Source of the DNA: Amphiscolops sp. MND2022
Lineage: Eukaryota
Direction of reading: 5' to 3'
Assembly: GCA_964187785.1 (NCBI GenBank)
Contig: OZ076411.1
Coordinates: forward strand, 67,456,001 to 67,520,000
DNA length: 64,000 nucleotides
Within the stretch, counting starts at the first letter, position 1. Each line of letters starts with the position of its first letter. Below, in pieces: positions 1 through 12,896 of this stretch. The notes beneath the pieces were generated by a model. It did no database searches, was not told the DNA's origin, and worked only from the letters and a program-made list of their open reading frames with translations. Both the position numbers and the translations under genes were made by a program.

Positions 1-699
1 TTCGTAATTTTTGCTACGGTAGAAAGAATCACGAGCACTTGAACATATAAAATCGCGTCCATCTTGGCATATCTCACTAAAGAAAGGAAACTTTAAGAGC
101 CTTTTTTTGATACATAATTCACACGCATTTTTGCGAGCACGCCTTGTAAAACGATGTGTATGTTGGAAAGTTACGAAAATTCAAACCTTTAAGGGCGATG
201 AAAAAGCTGTAGAGAATTTGCTGCAAAAGTAGAGAACAACTGGTTTTTAGCGAGCTCACTATTCAAGTGTTTTGCATCTTCTGAACTGCTATTTGAAGAA
301 TAATCAATGATACATATGGCAAGTACAAACACGTTTGATTTCTCAACGAACAAGTGATCAAAGGAGAAATGGAGCTAACAAGGGCTTCAAAGCTTAGCCC
401 AACTAAAAAATTGATTTTACTTTTTTTAAATTTCAAAAAATGATTGAATAATCGAAATAATAACTATTAATAAAAACTCATAGCGTGCAAATCAATACAA
501 ACAACAAGGTTCTCTAATTAGCACTTCTCTGATTTTAGTTTTAACACGAATTGATTGTGTGATAGTTCTAAATCGGTTTCTTTTGCCCCATATTCGCCTC
601 GCATCTACAAATTGCCCACTTGTAAGCTTCCTCTTTGAAAAAAAACAAGCCGGAGCCCCGCTCAAGTTTCAAAAGTAACAGTTTTCATCACATTTGCAG

Positions 700-985
700 T
701 ACCAAAAATACCCAAAGGGATATGCAAAAGGCTCGAGAAGTTTTTTCCCCCAACTGGAAACAGCAAAAAAAAACAACTTGTGGAGAAGGAAACCAATAAA
801 CAAAAATTGAGAAAATAAGATTTCGAAAAATGTCTCCGGTATGTCGCATAGTGCCGAAAACTCTAAAGAGTCCTCTATGCTCGCAAAATTTTTGGTGTCT
901 TGTAAAAATTGAAGGGGGGCTTCGATGAAAACAAAGTAGGAAAAAGTCGTTTGTGTTCCGAAATAACGCTGGTCTCAAAAACAAG
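700..985 (-). repeat. Dispersed non-coding repeat (family also at ~56500-56600 and 63180-63720)
   Basis: gtcgcatagtgccgaaa at ~845-861 is the reverse complement of tttcggcactatgcgac at ~63551; related ttcggcactgtgc motifs occur at ~56530 and ~63426. Boundaries approximate. Confidence 0.45.
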
Positions 986-1699
986 AAGAACTATATCCGA
1001 TATACGTTAAATCCGGAATTCGTTAGGATAAACTGGGGTGAATTGGAAAGCAAGTCTGCGATCCAGCTATAGTGTTTCACCCAATTAAGCACTTGACAAA
1101 AACTTTTGACCGATAAAATGCATGTCCCTATTTGTGCTGCATCAATATAGAGCCTTTCATGTATGTACAAATGTATGATATGCACGTTGGACCAAACAAG
1201 TTTTTTTGACAACTACGAGATCCACGGCAAGACTCTGAGAAATGAAAAGGAACAGAGACAACTTCCCACACCTCTGAAGAAAGTTTTCGAGCCGGGGCAA
1301 TTATGGTGAGAAAAAATCACTTCAACTCAACCACACGTGTCGTGAGTTTGAGTTGAACGAAACCATCATATCTGATTTAGAAGTGCGAGTCTGGAAACTG
1401 ATATCCAAGTCTGCGGTTTACAGAAGCTTTCGGTAGCAAGGGTGCTACTCACTTTCTGCAAACGGTTAATGGTGTTTTGTCCGAAATTTTACTAAATCAA
1501 CAATTATCCAAAAGCCGCCTGATAATGGACCCATATTGTAAAAAAATCTGGGGAATTCCTACTACCAGTTGTATGTGGTTTTCAGTAACATTGATCTGTC
1601 AACAGTACTCAGTATGCTGTACGTTGCTAATGCAAGCGGAGTGGGACATGAGATATGTAATTTAGAATAATCATTTTCAAGTCTATAATTTTTTATTGT

Positions 1700-1925
1700 G
1701 GTTTTTTTTCAGAATTGAACGCACCAAAGATGGAAAAGAAAGGAAAGATGCAAAACGGAGGCCAGAAGAGCAAAACGAATGAATGACTGAAGAGCGATGC
1801 ACTTACTCGGAGCAGAAAACACTCCAGGAAAAACAACTATGAAAGAAGAAAGAAGAACATATGACGCAGTTTTTGAAAGCTTGTCCTCCCTGTAATTTCC
1901 CTGAACATCCAAGTGACACTGACGT
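1700..1925 (+). pseudogene. CCDC65: Decayed duplicate of DRC2/CCDC65 first coding exon with its splice acceptor and start of intron 1
   Basis: tttcagaattgaacgcaccaaagatggaaaagaaagg...gagcagaaaacactccagg...ccctgaacatccaagtgacactgacgtt aligns by eye to 36210-36432 (tttcagatttgaacgcaccaaagatggcaaagaaggg...ccctgaacatccaagtgccactaacgtt). It has indels and stops, and the donor is mutated (aaggtttgt -> aaagcttgt). Confidence 0.9.
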
Positions 1926-2399
1926 TAAATTTTAAAAAGCAAGCTCTCCCAAGAAAACTGGTAGCACACCATATGAGCGAAGACGTAAAGCGTTACCTGA
2001 TAACAAAAATTGGCTGCTGTAGCAAGTGTAAAAAGCGGCTCGGACGTCGCAAGAAGTACCAAACAAGGATCTTTATGCGAAAAGACTTGTTTTAATGGTT
2101 TCCGCTACATAGGGTAGCATAATACTGAAAGTCAAAAAAACACGGGTTAGCACCTCAGAAAGAGCCACAGTAACTATGGGCTCTCAGGACATGTTGGTCT
2201 CTGTGTTTTTGCCCTGTTTGGTCTGGTCTTCGTTTTGCCTTGAAAATGGCGAAAAGAGCAATCACATGCTTAGTGCCACATCACACATCGAATTGGAATT
2301 TTCGACAAAATTTCCGTCAAATGTCAAAATTTCAAAATCGGCTGATTTTGCTGTACCAGAGGGTGCCGTTACAATACAACAAAGATGCTAAACTCTTCA

Positions 2400-3580
2400 T
2401 TTAAATGCAAACATTTCTTTTTTCTTCTACATTCTAAATTTTTCGTTCATAATTCAATTCAGTTCTGGTCTTTGCTAGTTGTTTTAGACATTGCTTGAGT
2501 TAGAATGGTCTTGGCTTAATTTTGTGGTCCTTTCGCTTAAAATTTTCAAGAAGAAGAGTCCGAACTTACTGATGCATATGTATGTAAAAATTCGTATACA
2601 AAAGAACATTTAAACCACTTAACAGAACAGCACCAGGACCCTACAAAGGTATTTTTAAATGGGGAAGGACCCTCGAAACAACAGGTCATCAAGAAAAAGA
2701 CTATGTCTGCCAGATGTTCGCAGATTATTTTTCTGTTTTCTAAGATTATCTTTTTCGTCTCGTTTTTATTGATGGAGTCATATTTGCGAGGTAAAGACCT
2801 TCGTTTTAAAGAGATAATTCAAAAACAGAGTTCCGCGATAAAAAAGTGATTGTCGGCTGACTTCTGTTCGTACTTCAGGTACCCCGAACAAATACTCCGA
2901 GTAAGTGCGGGTGAACTATCATGGATCTACAGGGTCTTCATATTGGTCAGTTGACTTCTTCTACTTGTATGCACGGCAAACTTCAATATGTCAAGTACAT
3001 AAACGTCGAAAACATTCATGATTTGGCTCTTGAACATTTCATCAGACGGATATCTTCGGTTTTTAAAACACATGTGTGATGCCATGATGCATGTCCTCAA
3101 AGATTCTATAATCTTGAATTAGACCTGAATTCCTAACCCAAGCAATTAACAGATTTAATTTTATTTGAAAGCTCATTACCGTTAGAGAAACTTCATTTAA
3201 TATATCCGGTGACAAGCTCATTAAATATTTCCTGTTGCTGTCAAATGTAAATGAATATAATTGAATATAATCAACCCTAGTTGATAGAATATATCTACTC
3301 GGAGAAAACTGGAATCTTCCGTATAGCACAGTTCTCTTCTTGAATTAACAACAAACTGAGATCTCAGCAAGTTTGAAAGAAGACCTAGCTAGCTCAAAGA
3401 ACTTAGAATAAAGACGACCCTGCTGGTAAATCTTAGACTTCTTATGTCTTTAATAAAAGATCTAAAAGAACTTACCACACATATTTTTAACAGCTCACAT
3501 GCAGATTTTTTTCCGAACAAGGAATATATCATTCAGTATACTTTATATCTGGATACACCCATTTATCAAGAATCTGTAGT
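2400..3580 (-). mobile_element. Degenerate LINE ORF2 3' remnant (RT / C-terminal region)
   Basis: Minus-strand pieces RRYPSDEMFKSQIMNVFDVYVLDILKFAV (~3058-2970) and SLFYRGTLFLNYL (~2850-2810) resemble post-RT C-terminal motifs of L2/CR1-group LINEs. Many stops. Confidence 0.5.
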
Positions 3581-3879
3581 GGATAATTGATTTCATGTAT
3601 TTGTTTTGACATCTTATCTTACAGAACTACATGTGAAATGCATCAGACGCAAGGGTCCCAAACAAAATACCCAAAAACCCAACCCAAAACCCCACAAAAC
3701 CCAACCGAATCATCGACACCCAATACCACAACCCGAACAATTCCTGTAACTCGGCCCATTGCCCAATCCCAACAAGATCAAATTTTGACCCAAGTTTGTC
3801 CGATTGTTTGCCATTCCTGGTTTTTTAAAATATTTAGAGTATTTTTAGATTTGAAATGAACGATTTAAATGATGCAGAA

Positions 3880-6290
3880 ATCGAGTCAATAAGCGCAGAG
3901 ACCGATGTCCAGGATAATGAAGTATTGGAAAATGTCGGTAGTGGATCGCCTTGTAAAGTGGTTAAGTCAAAGTTGAATACTTGTAGTAATTTTTATATGT
4001 GATTTAAGCATGGTCGAAAAACCATTAGACTTAAGTGTATAAAATGTGGTACCTTTGTGGAGTCGAACAATTTCGATACAAGTTATATGATTAATCATTG
4101 GCAGCGTTGCAGGAAATGGTCTCCTGGTCCATCAAAACGTCATTCAATTTCTAGTTGTAAAGCGAACACGTCGTGAAGTTTATGGAGAGGATGAGGTTGC
4201 GAATGTGGCAATTTTTGTTAATTTCCCAACAACCAAATTTTCTGAGTCAAACACGTTACGCAAATGGTATAAACGCATGGGGTTTGGCCGAGTTTCAACT
4301 CATGGACTGAATCAATGTTTTGAAACCAAGTGCGATAAAACCTCAAAGAAATGTGTCACAGTATTCAGCGCACTGAAAACGTTGCATTGTCATTTGATAT
4401 ATGGCGAATGCCGTATGTCGAAAAAGTCATTGGCGTATATTTATATGCAATGAACAAACAAGTATGTCTTGGTCTTATTATTATCAAAATTTTGTGGTGC
4501 CGAGGAAATTCGCAACTATTTAGAGGAACGTCTTGCCATTTTTGACATTCAACTTTCTCGAGTCGATGTTTATTTTGTTTCCTTTACAGATATGGGGGCG
4601 GATGGTCAGCGACTGGCAGAAATTACTGGTATTTTTATGTTTCCGTGCCTAGCACACGTTATTAATCTGATCGCCAAAAAGTAAATTAACAACGTCGAAC
4701 CTGACAGCGATCCTCAGCGATGATGAGCACCATGAAAATCACCTGAATGACACGATTCAAACTGCGGGGAACATTTCAAGAAAAATATATGACAGGACAT
4801 CCTTGACCGAAAATCTGCACAAGAGTGCTGGTCGCTTCTCACGTCATGCTACTCTCAATTCTCATAAAGCAGACGTTGGAATCTCTCGACTTGCCTTCAA
4901 TGCTCGAATCGCGTGGATTGTACCGAACTAATGGCAAACGCCCAGACGGTGTTACCATGATTTCTTGGGAAATGGGTAAACAGCTGATGTGGGATTTCAC
5001 GGTTGTGGATGCTCTTGCACCCAGTCGCCTGAATCAAGTCTCTTCATGCAACTCGGGAACCACCGCCACCGAGGCTGAAGCGCGAAAAAATTGGGAAGTA
5101 TCGAGAATTAATAGACAATCGATACATTTTTCAACCGGTGGCCTTGGAAGTACAGGGTTCTTTGGGCGAGAGCAGTGAAATTTTCATCACGCGTCTCTGT
5201 AAAATGCTCTGTCGTTCGCACGACGATCAACGAGCTGGCAGCTTTTTGAAGCAACGGATTTCAATGGCTCTTCAGATCGGCAATGCGGCCTGTTCTAGGA
5301 ACTGTGAGCGACAGAGATGCGTTCGAAGAAATTTATTAGATATAGCCTAACTTTTTTCACCTTTTTATCATAGCAGCTTCGAAAAAATTTCTACCGGTCG
5401 ACTGCATAGTGGCTGGTTTGAGTAGTTGGTTGGTTGTTTTTTTGTTACTGGTATAGTGGCTGGTATGGGGTTCCCAACTTTCGTTGCAGACCACGGGTGT
5501 GTGTCTTTTCCCCCAACATGATGATACACATGGCACTTGATTGATGACGAAGATCCATGCTATCTTATAGAGGAAATAAATCTGCACAATGTACAACAAC
5601 CTGTTTGTGGAACTGTGTTGAAAGTTGTAAGAGAAAAATCGACCCGTTGGAACTCACTACTAAAAAAATGCTCAAGCGCTTCAGAGAATTACGTGACCCT
5701 TTTTCCTTGATGTCCGAGTTCACCGATTGCTTCCAGGACTACAACTGGAATACGTTGGGCAATGTTTAATCCCTGAAACTTTTGGAAGCAATGGCAAAAT
5801 CGCTCAGATTTCCTACCGCAGATGTCTATACTGCTGTGAACGTTATCAATTTTCTGAGGTCTTTAAAACAGAGATCAAAAGATTAGTTCCCATAGTCGCG
5901 ATTTTATTAAAAAGTGGATTGATAGGAACGATGTGGTAACGGCAATAGTTGACGAGCGAGGTCCATTCTTTGATTATGTACAACGTGAAAACAAAATAAC
6001 AGATTTTTCAGCAACGGATGATCATTCCTGTTTACCACCGTCATCTAGTTTTGCGGAATTCTGTAAGAATGCTAATAAAGCTGGTTTGACTTTCAACATT
6101 CGTTCTGGATTTAAAAAATACAAACCCGCAAGTGTAGATCCAGAGCGTTCAATCAGCCGGAAGAGTTACCAAAACATTTGCATAATCGAATGGAACCGCG
6201 AAAACACGCCTGTAATCTGTTCATTCTCGAAAACGACTGGTTGGACGAGTAAGAACTGCCTCAGCATCGTGTGCTGGAGATATACTTTTT
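3880..6290 (+). mobile_element. hAT-superfamily transposase pseudogene (BED finger, DDE core, dimerisation domain), interrupted
   Basis: BED-like CIKCG...TSYMINHWQRC (~4030-4110), LSFDIW (~4386), TDMGA and CLAHVINL (CxxH, ~4590-4670), TRWNS (5642-5656) followed by MLKRF, and PASVDPERS (~6125-6150), all in canonical hAT order. Frameshifted. Confidence 0.8.
4820..5350 (+). mobile_element. 3' fragment of a CRE-type non-LTR retrotransposon (restriction-like endonuclease domain) inserted in the hAT gene
   Basis: GKRPDGVTMISWEMGKQLMWDFTVVDALAPS...AEARK...KY...FQPVALEVQGSLGES...FLKQRISMALQIGNA is the typical RLE C-terminus of CRE-clade elements. One frameshift. Confidence 0.8.
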
Positions 6291-6577
6291 GAGTTAAAAT
6301 AATATGCGTTTCTGTTTTAAGTTCAAAAGTTTTAGGTTCATAAATTCGAAGTTGTAGAAACAATACTTCCCAACAGACCCAATACCCAATTTCTGGTACC
6401 ACTACAACAACCAATATTAGCCTCAACCAAATAAATATGATCCCTGCTCAGACGGTTAATAACAGATATATGTTTGGCTAATTTACTCATTACTCGTTGG
6501 ACGTGGAACACGCAAGTTAAGATTTTAGCAAGTTAGATACCAGATAATTGTAATCAGTACAAGTTTTTTCAGTCTTT

Positions 6578-7527
6578 TTAAACACTAACTTGTCTTTCCA
6601 GTTTAAGAAATCAATATAAGCCAAATGACGCGACGAAAAAATTGAGCGAAATGACTTTAATCCAAATGACTTGTGACCGAGCGCTACTCCATTTCTTGAA
6701 TCTCGCCGAAGACATATACCTGCTACAATTACGAAGGAGTCAATAAGAGGGCTCAAATTGGAAAACTTCACCTTACCTTACCTTATCACAAGAATTTCGC
6801 AAAACTTTTTTCGAAGGCAGGCATCTTGAAGGAAACGATGTCCATGACTGGCAACCAACTGTTGATTACACTATACCTGAGTTATGGCATGAACTTGACC
6901 GTGATTTTGGTATGGTCTAACTAACTGATGCCTTGAAAAATTGCAGATCTTCTTCATTTGACAATGACATGCTTCATGTTACCATGCTGAAAATGCTGGC
7001 GGCCAACATGAAAAACTTATTGCTCTTCTTGTTCAACACATGTTGGATCAATTAAACACTAACTTGTCTTTCCAGTTTAAGAAATCAATATAAGCCAAAT
7101 GACGCGACGAAAAAATTGAGCGAAATGACTTTAATCCAAATGACTTGTGACCGAGCGCTACTCCATTTCTTGAATCTCGCCGAAGACATATACCTGCTAC
7201 AATTACGAAGGAGTCAATAAGAGGGCTCAAATTGGAAAACTTCACCTTACCTTACCTTATCACAAGAATTTCGCAAAACTTTTTTCGAAGGCAGGCATCT
7301 TGAAGGAAACGATGTCCATGACTGGCAACCAACTGTTGATTACACTATACCTGAGTTATGGCATGAACTTGACCGTGATTTTGGTATGGTCTAACTAACT
7401 GATGCCTTGAAAAATTGCAGATCTTCTTCATTTGACAATGACATGCTTCATGTTACCATGCTGAAAATGCTGGCGGCCAACATGAAAAACTTATTGCTCT
7501 TCTTGTTCAACACATGTTGGATCAATT
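6578..7527 (+). repeat. Apparently perfect 474-bp direct tandem duplication
   Basis: ttaaacactaacttgtctttccag starts at both 6578 and 7052, and gttggatcaatt ends at both 7053 and 7527. No differences seen by eye. Confidence 0.9.
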
Positions 7528-9276
7528 CCACATGGCCTTGGAAAATATCTAGTATCACTCTTATAAAAAAGCCGGGAAAACAATCCTACCAACAATGCTC
7601 CAGCTATAGACCATTATCTATTTCTAGCCATGTTGGAAAGTTATTTGAGAGAATGATTTCTGCTAGACTGAAGCTTTACTTCGAAACTCACAATATCCTT
7701 GACGAAGAACAAGAAGGTTTCAGGACTCATCGGAGCACTACCCGTTCTTTGTATTGTATGCAACTCGTATTAGAGGAAGCAAAGCGCTCGAAAAAGCCAA
7801 TCGCACTACTGGATATTGATCTGGAAAAGGCCTTTGATAGCATTTGGGTCCAAGGTCTGCTTTATAAACTTGAATTGGTGAATTTGCCCCACAGGCTGCT
7901 ATGTATTATATCATCCTTTCTTAGCAATCGGAAGGGACTCATTGATATCAACGGCCATTACACTGAACTTTTCGATACTAATGTTGTTCTCCCCCCAAGG
8001 TAGTGTACTTTCTCCTCTTCTTTTCATATTTTACCTTAGTGACTTCTTATCCGAAGTTGAGGTAAAGTTCAAATTTGCAGATGACATCTCGGCTATCATC
8101 TCTGCTTTTAACACAGAGACCTTACATTCAGCTCTACAAGCTTTTCGTCATAATTTAGAGTTTTGGTGCAAAAAGTGGAGAATGGTAGTTAATGGGTCTA
8201 AAACTGAGCTACTTCTTTTGAATTGCTTGGCTGACAACACTGAGCCAATCCTTCTCAACGGGGAGCGATGCAAGACGAAGCAAACTACAAAATCTCTGGG
8301 CTTGACAATGGACACTAACCTCACCTATAGAGAGCATACGTCTATTACGGCCTCGAAAGCTTTAACTAGCTGGAGGCTGCTTAAGAGTAAATGCTCTAAC
8401 AGGTGGGGCCTCAGTATTCCAACACAAGCCTATCTGTATAAAATCATAATCAGACCACAGTTTTTTAATGCGGAGCCGATTTGGGCCCAAAGAAACTATG
8501 CAAGCCTACAAATTGTACAAATTCGAATCATTCGCTCCATAATGAAACACAGCATGTCTCCAAAGATAACAGCTATTGAAGCGTTGATGGGATTCCCCTC
8601 TATAAACATTTATTGTTCTTCAATTGAAATAAAATTTTAATCAAAGCAGTGAATAAAGATGATTTAGTTACCGCGACGCATATACCCGTAGTCTCTCCTC
8701 CCTTCTCCCAAGCAAACTGAGAAGATTTGAGAGAACTCATATGTCTCATTCTTACACTCGGGACTCCATCAATGCCTTCATCAGGGATAACTGGAACCGT
8801 AGATGGAACAGTCCGTATAATGACAATTTCCTCAGGAAGTTCATTTCCAACTTACCACAAGAAATGATTCATTTACCTTTACTGGACGGACGGAAACTTT
8901 TTCTTTGCCAATATGATAAGCGATCTTCTCATCGGAAGCTCACGAAGATTAGCTGTAAAACTTATAGAAACTGAGCCGCACACCATCGCCCATGTGTATT
9001 TGTGGAACGTCAGAGCAGAACAGCTACCACTATTTCTTCTATTGTCCAAATTATTGTAATTTCAGACCCTTTTATCTCAATTCTTTTGATCTTTTCTCTC
9101 CTGATGACTGAGTCATTAATAGAAATTTCATCTCCGGTACAAATATTATTTATTGTACTGAAACTGCCGCAGGCGATCCTGCCTATTATGTATGCATCCA
9201 CTATATTGTAACTTTTCTTAAATTGTTTTTTTGCATACCTGCCCGCAAAGACGGGCTTCATTTTAGAAATTATATA
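6790..9276 (+). mobile_element. 5'-truncated LINE (I/Jockey-group-like) ORF2: RT plus C-terminal CCHC knuckle, (TA)n tail; frameshifted
   Basis: ORFs 7407-8003 and 7942-8640 contain IKKPGK, YRPLS, QEGFR, DLEKAFD, PQGSVLSP, FADD and WGL. CICGTSEQNSYHYFFYC lies at ~8994-9045. The element ends cttcattttagaaattatatata. Confidence 0.9.
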
Positions 9277-10005
9277 TATGACGGCAACCTTTGTTCGACA
9301 GAATTTTTCTAAATTTTTACGGTTTTCTAAAAATATCGTTCGAAAGTGACGTGGCCCTCAATCATGATTTCACGTGATACCTGCCCGCAAAAATAATAAA
9401 GAGAAGACACAAGCAGATCCTGCAAGGCGGAAACAAGCGAGCAAAGTGACAGAGAAGCAGAAAAACGTGTACGAAATTGTAAAACTATAGCCCATGCGCT
9501 AGTTCCCACGGTGATCATCACAGGTTGTTCCTAGCCAGAATGTCGGATCAATTGCAATGTCAGGACCCAGGGTTGTGCCGAACCCGAGTACTAGTGCCAT
9601 GCCATTTGACCCCTATTCGCCGAACTGGATTTTAACTCTTCCTTGATGTATTTACCGATTTGTTTGATGAATTCTTGGTCAATTCCAGAGCTACTCGTGT
9701 TAATGTCATTTACGTTAGATTCCCTTCTGGATCGTTCAATTCAGTTCTATGCAACTTAGCCCCTTTTTTACAGGCTGTCTAAGCGGTGGTTACGAACGGA
9801 AAAAACATAATACCCGTTATTCTCAGCAATTACAGACTAGAACAGGTCAGAAAGCATCCTTAGAGACGGTTCCCCCTCCTCGGGACCGGCTTTCCTTAGG
9901 AGGACAAAATGAACTGAAGTTATGGTGATTGGTCCCGAATCTTAACCCATGACGTCAGTTCCTCCATCCTGTGTAGCGAACAAGCGCTAAGCGCTTTTTA
10001 TTACA
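9277..10005 (+). repeat. Gypsy 5' LTR (729 bp)
   Basis: Starts tatgacggc (3' copy tgtgacggc) and ends attaca. Colinear with 27377-28451 once the MITE is removed (728 bp); roughly 90% identical by eye. Confidence 0.88.
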
Positions 10006-10019
10006 TAGAACTCGTTTTT

Positions 10020-10036
10020 TGGCGACCACAGAGGGA
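10020..10036 (+). promoter_or_regulatory. Primer-binding site, tRNA-Arg(TCG)-like
   Basis: TGGCGACCACAGAGGGA is complementary to a tRNA 3' end (TCCCTCTGTGGTCG-CCA) resembling animal tRNA-Arg(TCG) ends as recalled. It lies 14 nt after the LTR. Confidence 0.7.
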
Positions 10037-12896
10037 ACGTCTTTGGGAAGCTTTCCTGCATAGTTGTTAAAAATTTGACCCTCCGGTGTTTAGCGCCAAG
10101 ATCGTTTCGACTCTGAGGGAGAAGACAAAGTTTTGTCCCTCTTTTAACGTTCGCATGTTTTCTTGGCTGCTGGAACGAAGGAAACCCAGAAAAACCCGGA
10201 AAAAATGCGTTTTCAGGTGCGAAAATGGCATTTTCAGGTTGAAAAAACCGTAAATGTATGTGTTGAGATGTAACGTTGTGATAGCCCATCAGTGGGTATA
10301 TGTTTTACAGGTAATGGCTGCCGTAGCACGTGGCTACGGGTGTTTAACCAGTGTTTCTAGCTATTTTCAGTTTTTTGAGCCATGTATGACAGGTACCGCT
10401 GGAGGAAAATCCATACTCCACCAGAGCGAAGGGGAGTCAAAAAAGAGTGTCTGGGTTCGCCGCTTCCCGTTTTTGGTGGAGACGTCCGCGAGGGGTGGAT
10501 TTTGGTGGACAAGGAGTACAGCTCCTGACGAAGCTGATGGTTCAAACCGCAAGTCTCTAACTGGTCTGGATGAGAAATTGCGTGGCGAAGGTACCCCCCC
10601 CCCCCTTGGACCAGAAATGTCGCTCAGATGGGTCATGGTTCGCGAAAATTTTGAGATTGCATCTTTTTTCATAGGGAGTCGTTGGTGCATGTCAGTAACA
10701 CTTTTTTGCAATGTAACGACACCCTACGAAACGCTTTTGAGCCAAGAAAACAGAGACTTTTCGCAAAAACTAACGATTTTTCGTGTTTTTGAGTGTTTTC
10801 CTTGGTTGGAGCACGAGTGCTCCGTAAGTCCAACGTAGCGTTGCCCGAATGGTGACAAAAGTAGCCTCGAACCTTGAGGGAAATGGAAAAAATGACGGGC
10901 AACCATTCCTGTAGCTTTTTTAGGTGGAAAAATTGGATTTATGAGTGAAAAAGTGCAAAATTTGAGAAAAAGGGTGAAAAACACCCTAAAAACGCTACTG
11001 TGCTTAGCTGTAGAAGCCTGGGGCACCGCTGTAAAGTAGTTTCTTGAGCGAGTCACAACCATAGGGTACTGGAATCAGCTTTTAATGACCGTTTTGCTGG
11101 CACAGAAATTGTAAAAAGGCGAAAATCTTGTAATTTTGGCCATTTTGGGCCTTGCAGAGCACATCATTAAAAGCTTAGTTTACAAATCTTTTAATCACCC
11201 CCAGGAGGCCAAGCGCTCTCATTTTCTGTTTTTAAAATTAAAATACCGCATTGTGGTGAAAACCGCGTGCCAAAACGCCCATTGAGTGCTGAGAAAAGTG
11301 GAAAACGCACTGAATTTGACTGAATTTCCACAAAACCGGACTGTGCAAGTGTTAGGGTCGGATCACTGATTCCCCCAACCCTAGCTAAAAAGTGGTTGCA
11401 AATTCGTAATCACCACAAACATAAACACTATTGCCGAAAAATTGATGGGCTCAGTGCTAACCAGAGTCGAGAAAATCTCTTTGACGTTTTGACCTCTGTA
11501 GTTGCTGAAATAGTCAAAACAAGCCAAAACTGTAAGAGCGACAGTGCCTTATACCTAACGGGCACGGCTAATTGAGGTTTTGTGGCAGTGCTGTGACCAG
11601 TGGGAAAACACGTTGACCCTGTTTTGCCTGCCGTAACATTTGTAGTGTTGACCCTCTTAGCTAATTTGTGAAAAAAGTGTCAAAAAAGACCGTTTTTTCT
11701 GCGATCGTGTCCTAACCTGACCAAAGTTCCCGGTATGTCCGAGAGCATCCATTGAGCTGTCATACCAGCATTGTGGGTAGCCACTGGAAACGCGTGCCCA
11801 ATTTCGTGCCAATCGATGCAGTATTTGTCAAGAAATTGACGAAAACGTTGTGCACAAAAACAGGTGCAAAAAGGCAAATTTTTCAAAACTTTTTGGAAGT
11901 GCCCGAACACCTTAGCCGGAAAGTGGGAACAAATTGCATCCCACCATCGTAACTCGTGCCAGTTGGTGCATTGCTAGCAAGAGCACCGAACCGCTAACTC
12001 ATAACCGTGTTGGGATATCGTGCGAAAAGCGTGCATTGTGACTCCTGCTGAGACACAAGTGTACCGCACGTCTGTACCAAGGCGAAACAGTGTACAAGCC
12101 TCGGAGCCCAAATCGATGATCAGTTCCGTGTACCTGGGTGTACGTAGGATCCCCTGGCCGAATTTGACCCGGATCCGATTTTTGAGTGACGAGTACGAGC
12201 CACTTGTGTTTTTTTGTGTTAATCGAAAGAAATCAAAAATTGTCTCGAGTCCCTCGTGATCGTCCCTGAGAGAACCTACCCCCAACCCAAATTTACTTTC
12301 CGAGTTTGTGGGTAGAAACCTAGAGCGTGTGCAATTTTGAGCCAGCTACGACCCGTGGAAGCAATTTCGACCTTCCCGAAGCGTGCCGTGAGCGAGCCGA
12401 AAGTTGCTTAAGTCAACACCGAGACGACTGGAGGTCTGACACACCTTGGGGACCCTGAGGAGCAATTTTAGTGGGATTCGAACACTCCACGGCCTAACTG
12501 AGCGTCTCGTGTGTCAACCGCGTCTGTAAGGAGTGCTACGGACGAACATCAGTGACCTAACAGAGCGATTACTAAGGATTTCGTGTCCACATTACCTTAC
12601 GTTGTATCACGAACCAACGGTTCACGGCATCATGTTCTGGACCGGCGAGTCAACAATAGCCAGGCTACTTATGCGCCGCACGGCGGAACCCAGCAATTCA
12701 AACGCATCCAATGCCACTGGCCTGAACGAGAGACAAGAGACAAGTTCGACTCAACGGGAATGTTCAGGCACCACTATTCGGATGAGCCTAGGAGCATGGC
12801 CATCGGCGGAATCGTTGTTAACTGTCTCCTCCTTTTCAGAAGCAATCAGAGGACAGTGTAACCGGTGATCAACAACGACGAGAAGAGCAAAATGCT

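Noticed and set aside
1000-1420. Tc1/mariner transposase remnant on the minus strand (LSNSPQF; SDMMVSF...HVW)
   Set aside because: Motifs too degraded and no TIRs found.
6769-6786. Telomere-like repeat (ccttaccttacctta)
   Set aside because: Unit is CCTTA, not CCTAA, with only ~3 copies; more likely a retroposon 3' tail.
10254-12285. Short ORFs in the Gypsy leader as real genes
   Set aside because: No recognisable motifs and overlapping in several frames; kept only as a hypothesis in findings.
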